NCBI GenBank assembly: GCA_963924565.1
Contig: OZ004614.1
Location: 20,274,001-20,338,000 of the forward strand
From: Ascidiella aspersa
Taxonomy: Eukaryota
DNA: 64,000 bases
Direction: 5' to 3'
The position numbers and the translations under genes were made by a program. This document shows positions 51,001-61,400 of this stretch, piece after piece; position 1 is the first letter of the stretch, and every line of letters begins with the position of its first letter. The notes beneath the pieces are model-generated. The model saw only the letters and a list, made by a program, of their open reading frames with translations. It was not told where the DNA came from and searched no databases.

Positions 51001-52359
51001 CAACATGCGATTAAATTTAACAATTGGATGTTATTATATAGAGTAGACAGAATTTTAGCAGAGCAGAACAACAAATGTTAGAAATTGTGTTAATCCAAAA
51101 TGAATATTAATAACGTTAAAAGTTAAGATACAAAATTTTATACTAATTTTAATAATTTTTGTTCACACGTTAGTAATTGCAACAATATCACCGGATTTTC
51201 TTTCAAAACTGTTGTTTATAGAGATTTAATTTTTTTTTTTTTTTTGCAGATGCGATTCCCGATATATGTGATTAGCATGCTAAATATGCCGGTCGACCAA
51301 TTTGCGGGCTTTTAAAACAGCGGTCCTCAGGCAGTTCATTTAACAGTTCGGCAATCACGATCTTCAAACTAGTTTCTTAAAAACTGTGAAAAAATTAACA
51401 AATAAAAACTGTTAAATCAGAATTTAACAAACTGAGGCCTGCGGCATATTTCCTACAGATGAAATGTTGTCGGATGCCATTCAACACTAACTGTTCATGG
51501 AAATTCAAGTCCTTTCTGATGAGTTCTCATGAAATGATAAAATAGTAGTTTAATCTAAAATACGTGTCAATTGGTTTGACGAATAAAAAACGTCAAAAAA
51601 TTGTACGAAACCGTCCATTGAAATTGGAACTCACTTGTTGCTCTCTGTTGCTTCTTGCCGGATAAAATATAGACAAACCATTTTCGCGAGGAGCGCTGTT
51701 GCATTAACATATGTCACATTCTTTTTGCTTTTATGTACGGCGGTAACAAGACACATTGTTTATCAACTTTAATAAACTGTATATCACTTGTTAGATATAA
51801 GGAGAAATAGTTTGTTTGAACTGGAAAGAATAAAGTAATTCATGTTCGATAAAATTAATAGCAATTCGTGTTCAGGCAAAAACGGGCATTACGCTGTTGA
51901 CAGTAACCCACTGCAAAGGATCATTAAATATGTTTTTGCCCAATCACGTTACCATAAAAAGCAAGCTAGTATATACATAATCACATATAAAATGAAGCAT
52001 TGCAAACAACCACTACTCAGACGCGATACATTTCAAACTTAGTTACGATGCTGATCAATTTGATATCAACCATGGTGCGCAATTTCGTTCTCACATTCTA
52101 TCTATCTCTTAAACTTAAATTACAATTTCAATGGTCTTAATAAAACTTCTGGTCCCTATATTTTATTAAACGAATGGTACTGAACTTAGTATACATGATC
52201 AAAACAAGAACGTAATGTACAAGACATTTTAAAAAATTGATATCCAGTCGTTTGAATAACACAGCCCAAGTCACTTAAGCATATCAAGTAAAGTGTCTTG
52301 TTCTGGAATCTAGAAACTTTGAGTGGTTTTTCACTTAACCGCAACTTCGTCGTAGCGAA

Positions 52360-52491
52360 TCAAACCTCTTCGGATTCTTCCTGATTCCTGAACTCAGGTG
52401 AGAGTTTCAGCAGCTTGGGTCCAGTAAGACCAATGGCAGCTGCTCCAGTGGGTGCCGTTATAATGATCGAAAGAACGGCGATCGTTAGAAC
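52360..52491 (-). CDS. SLC9B2: SLC9B last exon (VLTIAVLSIIITAPTGAAAIGLTGPKLLKLSPEFRNQEESEEV*)
   Basis: Hand translation; acceptor ctctag; TGA at 52362-52360; AATAAA at 52162-52167 downstream. Confidence 0.95.
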   Translation of the reverse strand, partial: VLTIAVLSIIITAPTGAAAIGLTGPKLLKLSPEFRNQEESEEV

Positions 52492-55400
52492 CTAGAGAAA
52501 GAGAATGGACCTGTTACCCGGCGTGAATCTATTTTTTTTTGTTTGTTTGTTTGGGGGGACATGACAATTTTTCAGAAATTACGTTACAAAGTTACGTCAT
52601 AAAGCTAGTCAAAACATGAAATCACAAAGTAAACGTGTCGTCATAAAAAATAACCGAAATACGGCATAGTTTGCTTATTTTGTATAAAATTTGGGTTCGA
52701 GGTGTTGCGTTAAGTACAAAATCTTTTATTACTCGGACAAAGCGCAAAAATGCCCCTACATCGTATAAGTTGCCCATAATTTTTATTTTCGAGGATGCGA
52801 TTGGACGCACGGCGCTTTGAGCTAAAAGGATTTTGCTAAAGTGGGCCATTTTATCAAAAGGCATATAAAACACTGAACACATCTTCAAGGTAGTTAAAAT
52901 GGAAAAAAACTACAGTTTGAGGGTCCATGGCCATGTCTGCCCCCTTGAATTCGCCCCCGCCTGTTACCAACCTTTTTTGCACTCAAGTGTAGCCAAATAG
53001 CCTTTAGATCAGGGGTTATTAAACTGGGGTCCATGGACCCCTTGGGGGTCCGTGAACTAGTTTTAGGGGGTCCATAAAACCCAATTGAAATATTAGTGTA
53101 TATTTAAGAAGTAATATATTTATCAAAAAAATAAAATAAAAACGGCTTTGTACTTATGCATACGGCTCCATTTCACTTTCACATTCACATTTTTCGACCG
53201 AAATCAGCAGATTTATACAGTTTTTTTTTTGTGACGTAAATTTATGACGTAAGTTTTAAAATTTTGCCTACCGGGGTCTACGCGAGACAAAAAAAATTTA
53301 GGGGTCCGCGGTAAAAAAAGTTTAAGAACCCCTGCTTTAGATCGAATAACACTGAAAGCAGACTCTTTCGCATTAATTTCTTGTCTGTAAATATACGTAG
53401 ATAAATACAAAGATTAATATCATTACCTTTGTTGCTAATTCGACAACTTCCTCACTCGATTTGTGTTCTTTGGCGAAGTCCAGTGCTGTTGCTCCAATCG
53501 CCGCCTATATGTGAAAAAAATGATGGTTTAATTGTTATAAATATCCAAATATACAACATAAAAGGGCGTGAAGAAAACGCTTGTATTTAAGAAATGGCTT
53601 TTTTTATTAGGTGTTGCCACTACACTGTGTTCGGTGGCACTTTGATTTCGGGTGTGCAGTGCCAAATTTTAACTTCTGGTGTTTAATCATGTTTTTGCAA
53701 ACCTTAGTTCGTAATTAGCCTGTCACAATTCAACTGTTTCCGATATCTTAAATGCCAAATGTACAAAATGCAAGTGTGCACACAAAGTGCTTAAAAAAAG
53801 TGTACAAAATGCAAGTGTGCACACAAAGTGCTTAAAAAAAGTGTACAAAATGCAAGTGTGCACACAAAGTGCTAAAAAAATTAAAGGTGTGCACCTTACA
53901 CAGAACTCAGACTGGCACCGGTTCCCAAACGTTTTGCTCTCGCGACCCCATTTTAATTTTACAGAAACTTACAAGACCTCCCGATGAGAATTTGGTATGT
54001 TAGACATAAATATAGTCAATAACAATCATATTTATGGTTAAAGCATTCCCACTCTTGACCGATTTTCCAAGATTTGCCATGAATGTAAGTAAATGCACGA
54101 CTTTTAGGCGTCATTCACGATTTTTAGTTTCCAATAGAGAAAAAATATCTTGTACTTATGTATATTAGATTCACGTAAAATAAATGAAACTCATTTCGCG
54201 GTGGTTATCCAGAACCACTGTTGTTTTTTTTTTTTTTTATAAAAGCAACATGCTTTTTTTGAAGTCTATGCTCAGCAAATACTTAAAAACAAGCGTAATG
54301 ATGACGCCATAAATACGATGTTGCTTTAGAGGCGCAAATACCATAAACACATTTTGATAGTTGTGCGTTTTTAGGCTCTATTGCTAAGTTTTATGCTTAT
54401 ATATTTTCCGCTTATGTTTCGTTAAGGCTTCAACTGACTATACAACGTAGCCAATATTACCTGCACTGTTGCTTTGGGAAGCCAGGCCACCGTCATAAAG
54501 ACCTTTTCCTTCATATTGAAGGAAGACGTCCAATACACGGACAGAAATGCGGCAAGGCTGCGAAACGCCAGTCCAATGAGAATTAGAGCTGCTCCCATGC
54601 CTAGAAGAAATGAATGTGCCATGATACATCTTTAAAACCGTATTTACAGAACTTGGTCGGACTAATTAGGACAGTGGTTCTCAAACTGGGGTCCGCGAGA
54701 CAATTTTGTGGGACCGCGAAGCACCTAACAAAAAATCTACAACCCGACGCTCCTGAAGAAGAAAACCTCTTGTGCCAAAAAAAAATCAGAAAACTTACTT
54801 TTCCAAAGCAAGCTGATTAGTTGTTCATTCACGTTATTGTACACTTCGAGTTGAATTGTCCATTGTGACATCATAGTATTACATTGTGCTAATGAGAGTT
54901 ACGTTTTTATCGCTTGCTGCGCTGTCTATGTGGGCTGTACGGTCACGGTTTTAAAACTGTTCGTGATTGCTTCACACAAAAAATTGATAGCCGAGCTCAT
55001 AGCATAGAAGCAAGTACACCCATCTGTAGTGATGATTGATACCATAAAAACAAATGTTATTTTGTGTATATTTTTAAGGGACCGTGAGTAATCTAAAAAG
55101 TTGCTGAGGGACCGTTGCACAATTTTTCTAAAAAAGTTTGAGAACCACTGAATTAGGACGACACAGTCAAGTCGCACGTTTTTTTCTTTAGCAGTTTTGC
55201 GGCTGCATTTCATGTATGTTTTATTATGGGTAACATACCCATTTCCTTTCAGTGTCTGAAATGTCATTCATTTATGATTGACGAGTTGCATGGTGAATTG
55301 TTTCGTGTTAAAATAAAGGTCAACGCCAAAGTGTTAAATTTACAATAAAGATGTTCGATACCTATTTCGGTCGGATTATGATGTCCGATATGGTGGACAA

Positions 55401-58400
55401 AAGTTACATTCGCCCGAACCGATGTTAAATTGACATCATAACTCATGTAAATTAAGCAAAATTAAAACCTGCATAACAACAGTTTCTTCCAGCCCCGGGT
55501 TGTTATGCTGCATGCGTTACAGCATTAGAAATATTTCTTAATTTCGAACCTAAATACAATTTTCTGAAACAATCACCAATGGCTAAAATAGACTAATTAA
55601 TTGCAGATCTGCGTCTACAAGTTAACAGCCAACAGATTGCAACCCCTAATGAATTATGCGGTTGTAAATTTCTTGACATTTATTAGAGAAACCCTACAAA
55701 CGACTTCTGGTTTAACTGACGCTAAGCCTTAAGGTTGGTATACACTATAGACGCGTCCGGAGTTAACGTTAAACGTTTTTTTTTTAAACAACGCTTTCGG
55801 TTGCGAAAAGATGAAATAATTCAACTTTGACGCTTTCGGTTAGAAGCGAGGAAATTCGCCGTTAAAGCTGACAACAAGTTACGTGTGAACTGGACGACGC
55901 TAGCGTTTTGCGCCAGACTCCAACGCTGGAAGCAAAACGCGTCTGTTGTGAACCAACCTTTATCTTGCTGCCTATTTAATCACTACATAACCATAGTGTG
56001 ATTGATAAAAGCGCTTACCGACTGTTGAAGGCTTGAGCGAATCGACTGTGACCGAAGCTCCGATTAAACCAAACAGGAGAGGTTGGAAAATGACCCAAAG
56101 ACCCGCAAAGGTTTTGGCCACCTCTTTCTTTTCGTCTCCCCACCTTTAAACAAAAGTATATGTGCGGTTGGTCAGAATTGAAATGAGATTTTAAGTTTAC
56201 TTTAAAATAGTAGAATCGGTCGATATAACTTTTTTCGACCGATACCATGATGTTAATACACACGTAACAATCAATAACCGATTTTTTTGTGATTTCTATA
56301 CAAAAAATCATTTTTTAGTAGCATACAGTACCTTAAAATACAGTAGGCCTAACTTTGGATAATAAAAACTCTTATAATTATACAACTCCTGTTATAATTA
56401 TACAATTTCATAATTATACAACTCCTAATTTACATACATAGCAAACAACCAAACACTTAAACAAAAAACTTATATCATTGTAATTTACCTTATATCTAAA
56501 TTTCAACACAATATATTTAATCAGAAACGTGGTCACTTATTTTTACTAGTCGACGTCCAGAGTGACTGGCTATGAGCTGTACGACACATCGAACAAAAAA
56601 TGGGCGCTGGTCTGGAACCCAACACAACGAACATCATTTGGGTTAGGGTGCGGGTTAGCGTTTGGGTTTGAGTAGGTTAGGCAATATTATGGAATAATAA
56701 TACTTGGCCCACCCTCACAGGAACACTTACCGACACCCTAACCCAAACATTGTGCGTTGCTTCAATAATTCTTTCAACACTGTCGTAGGATACCAGCGGC
56801 AAAAATGTCCTATGTTGTTGAATTCTGAGCTTTCAGGCCAGTCCAAAAACAAAATAACTTACCTTATGGCAGCAACAAATGGCATCACAAGGCTGGCCAA
56901 AGCGCTCGCGCCTGCAAAGTGAACCAACTTGCTAGCAAACGCACTGAACAGTGCAAGGCCAAGGAGAAGTGCAGACCTGTAGCCGTTCCTGCCTTTCTAC
57001 AGAAGACATATTACACTTACAATTTAACGTGTAAAAATAACCCGATTTTGGCCAAATGTGTAATTTTGTCGTGTCATGAGTCCGGCTGTGACTCTACAGA
57101 CCGTATTTCGCCAATTTGCGTAACTAAATACGGTTGATATTTAGCAATCCACACGATACATGGTTGGAATATATCCACCTTATGCTACTCCGCCTTTAAA
57201 ATTTCCAGTTAACGGCATATCAGTTTCAAAACATCGCATGCGCACGTCGGACTCGGAACTCGGGTAGTTTTACGTAGTCTTACTCGAGTCCGAGTCCGAA
57301 ATCCGACTCTAGCGAAACAAACCAAACCCATCAATGCCCAAGTCCGACTCTAACTCCGCAACCCTAGTAGAAACACCAAAAAAGGGTAAAAACCCGAATT
57401 TAATATGCCGAACAAATTGACTAACTATAATTACGATAATAATATTTAACCCACTTTCGAAGATGTCGATTAGACTTGCAGGATTAAATGATCTACAATC
57501 CGAACTAAGCTTACGTTTAATTAGATCTAAACGAAACCAGAGGAAAACCGAAACATGTTGTTCGATAGCATAAAGTAATTTCTATAGTAACTGTTTGCAG
57601 ATAGCGGTATTGACTTAAAATAATTTAGTGTTCATATTTGCAAATCCTGACATAATTAGTAATATCCAAAGGTTAGTATTGGAAATATTTGGTTTAGATA
57701 CTCATATAAGATATAGTAAAACGTTTTTTTAAACTAGACCTAAGGTTAACTTGAAATGTCACTTAATTTAAACAAGAAATATTCTAATCAAAAACTTAAA
57801 ATGTTGTTTAAGTCAAAACAAGAAATATTCCAATCAAAGGACGAGTTTTTGATTTGTCATACCATGTTTTTTGATGGAAAGTACCACAAAAAAATCCCAA
57901 GAAATACCCCGACGCCGATGCCAAGAATCAACTCCAGTGGGCCGTGAAGAACCTTTTCCACAATATTTCCTGCATAAAAGAATAAAGATCACAAAAACAC
58001 AACCCATGCTATTTTAAACTTTACCTGGTGAAAACTTTTTTTTTAATTTTGTCTTTATATATGGATACAGGTGAAGTGGATTCGAGTAGGCCTAAACAGC
58101 ATAAATCTGCCCCATTTTTTCAGTTGCGAAGAGTAACACAATAACAAAGAGATTTCTATCCTGCAATTATATCTCTACATTGTCCTGATGATCAGGTTTT
58201 CAAAATATCAGTAATATGACTTTCGCTATGCGTTAAGTTATTCTCGTTGATATTGGGCGAGTCGAGTATACCAGTGCTTCCCAACCTTTTTCAGTTCGCG
58301 ACCCACCATTAATGCAAGTTTTATTGTGCGACCCACAATGAGATATGACCAAACGAATGAAAAACAAATTAATGAGACAAATAACAATGTATACACGTGC

Positions 58401-61400
58401 AATACGCACTGAAATAGTTAATGCGACACAACACATTTTATTGTTACTCATTTGTTGTATTGTTGCATCATTGTTACGTAAAGATAACGCAATAATTTCC
58501 CGATATAATAGAAAACGGTAAAAATGCTTCGCAACCCACCTCAAATAGCTTCGCGACCCACTGGTTGGGAAGCCCTGGCTCTTTGAGTATACCATAATGC
58601 CGAAATAAATCTACTACTGGAATCAGTTTGTCTAATTAGGATTAGGCACAAGCAAAGCAAGGCTATAAAAATCCAGCCCGCAGTGAGGTTCGAAGTCACG
58701 ACCTCGGCCATATATACTCCTGTTACTTACCTTCGGAAAAAATCATTCCGAGCACAACGTTAAAGCCCGTAATTCCGATGACGTCATTCAGGGCTGCGCC
58801 TGCTATCAGAAAGGTGGGAATTCCCCCCTCTACCCCGTACCCGTTGTCTTGCAGGTAGAGAAGGGAGGGAACCACAACCGCAGGTGAAACGGCGCATAAC
58901 ACGAACCTGAAACATAAAATAGTTGTTTGGCGTCGTCATTTGTTGCTAAAAAGTCGATCATCGATGATTTTAAATACGGATGTCCGATGATTATTATGTG
59001 AATGGAGGCGATACCCTATGCCAGGGATTCCAACCTTCTTTGCTGCTCGTACCCCCTTGTCAGGTCAGAGCGTTCTTCGTACCCAAAAAAAAATTCTGAT
59101 GGAAATTTTGAGATATACAATGCTTTTATAGCTCATTTAAACGTTAAACCAGTGATCGGCAAACTTTTTTTTTCGCAGGCCCAAGTACTCTTTTTAGAGC
59201 TATTGAAGGCCCGCTTAGTAAAACCACTATTAAAAAGTGGCGTATTCCGGATATTTTATTTTAAGGTGAAATATGCCACAGCGCCTTGGTGCCCAAAACA
59301 GACATACCTATACGAATGTTATTATCGGTACTTTTCTGATATAATAGAATGGTATCGGTGCCGCTTTGATTGCAAATTTATTTAGGTATTATATCTATGC
59401 TTTGTAATCTAACTGAGCGCGTTTTTGAAATTGAAAACATATTGAAAAAAGTGAATATGACCAGTTGACCACATATGTGGCTATAAGCTTAACACTGAAA
59501 AGGCAGTTTTTAAAGAGCAACCCGAAAAACATTACATTTTCACGTTTTCATATTATCAACTTTACAAATTTTACCACTACCGGTACGTTGAACAGTAGAC
59601 TCGTGGGTATATGTGAGTCACATTGGGCATTTTTTAATTTTAAGGCCGAATATGACTGAATATTAATATTCATAAATATAAATGTTAATTTGTTTTAACA
59701 TAAGTTTGGTTGCTCGCTAAGTAAGGTTGCTTTGAGTAATTTGTAAAAATTTCTGATAGTTATCTTGTTCATTTCCGAAAATATTACACGATGAAATTTC
59801 GAGCGTGCTTCCCTTTGGTGTCATTTGGTATACGACCGGATCGACAGTATAGTTTTGCCTAATATATCGACTATCGGAACAAAATAGGAAGTGTTGTACA
59901 TGTTGTACATTTTTATGTATGTATACTCTTTTCTGTTTAGCAGCTTTAAACCTGTCCTTATGTAGTGTTTTTTTAATTATATAAAGTTAAAATTCGTAAT
60001 GCCATTCATCGATGCCCAAGCGACCAAGCGTAGGCCTTGAAAGTGTTGTAAAGAGGTTGTTGCAATACAAATTAAGGGCTTTGTCACAGAAGAATCGCGG
60101 CTCTATGTAGCCACATACAGGTGGTGTCTTTGTATAATGTAACTCACCCGATGACAAATCCCCATTCCCACGGAAAGTTGATCATAACGTTCGAAAAGCA
60201 GGCCACGGCGCAGCATTCCACCACGGTTGTCGAGCAGGCGAAGCCAATCAGAATCCACTTTAGCTTGAACAGCGCCTGTATATAATGTGGCTTGTGGTCG
60301 AAAAACAATTACAAGCAAACTACACATCTGACATTTTTCTTCTCGCATTTTTTTCATATGCATTTGGCGGCGTTTCTCCAAAATATTGCAAGACAAAGGA
60401 AATGTTACATGATTTCAGAGCACCATTAATAGTTTTTAGCTATTGAGGTTGCGACACAATTGCAGTGTTTTAAGTTGTATAAAATGTGTTTTTGTCTTAC
60501 CTGGCATTGTTTTCTCGCGTTTTTTTCACTTGCATTTGGCCGCGTTCTCCAAGCATTGCAAGACAAAGGGAATCTTATATAATTTTCAAGCAACTTTAAT
60601 AGTTTGCAGCTTTTCGGTTTGCCATAAAACTGTAGTGTTTTAAGTTTTACTAAATGTATTTCATTGCTCACCAGTTTATTAAAACGTCCAACCAGTCAAA
60701 TGTTTTAGCCTTAGTTTCACAAAAATTCTAAAACCCTGATTAGGTTTTGGCCCCTTGTACTACCGAACTTGTACATCCACGCCAATAAGTGCCATATAAA
60801 TACATTTGCAAGGATTTTTATTTTGTTAAACTCATGTTTCGTAATTTACCTTCCCGTCCAATCCTATTCCAGCTCTGATTAGTATCACCGTGAGGGCGAT
60901 GAGCCGAAGAGACGACGACCATTTTTGGTTTATGTCCTTTGCAACATCGATGTGAGGAACATTTCGTAGAAGAAATCCCATAACCAACATTCCTAACGAA
61001 AAAATAGGCAAAAAGCCATGTGTCAGAAGTCTATTTAGCGTAACTGTATAATGCCAAAACTTCCGTGATACGTTTTTTCACAGAAATCGGTGAATATTTT
61101 ATCTATCCTTGGAAAAAATAAGCACTTATGTTTAATCGCGCCTAAGGCGCCGAAAATTTGACCTAACGAATTCCTTTATTTTTCAAATTTGCGTTTTTAC
61201 GATTATAACAGACAACATTAAGGGCTTTTAGTAACATATTCAAAAAACTGAAACCTGGCAGTTGTTCTTTTTTTGCGTTAATATTTGTTATTGTAATTTT
61301 TTTGCCTAAGTTATTTTTCGAAACAGCAGCCATGATTTAAACACAAAATCCAACCATACATTGACAATAATACTTTATGGGATTTTTGAGCATGGATAAT

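Noticed and set aside
53760-53880. CRISPR-like regular repeat
   Set aside because: Units are contiguous with no unique spacers; eukaryotic intron; simple minisatellite.
57245-57367. GACTC/GAGTC-rich segment, and CGATAC/CCGAT-rich segments at ~7140, 13860, 41800, 49700 and 56220
   Set aside because: Probably ends of old DNA transposons, but both termini and TSDs could not be defined, so not annotated.
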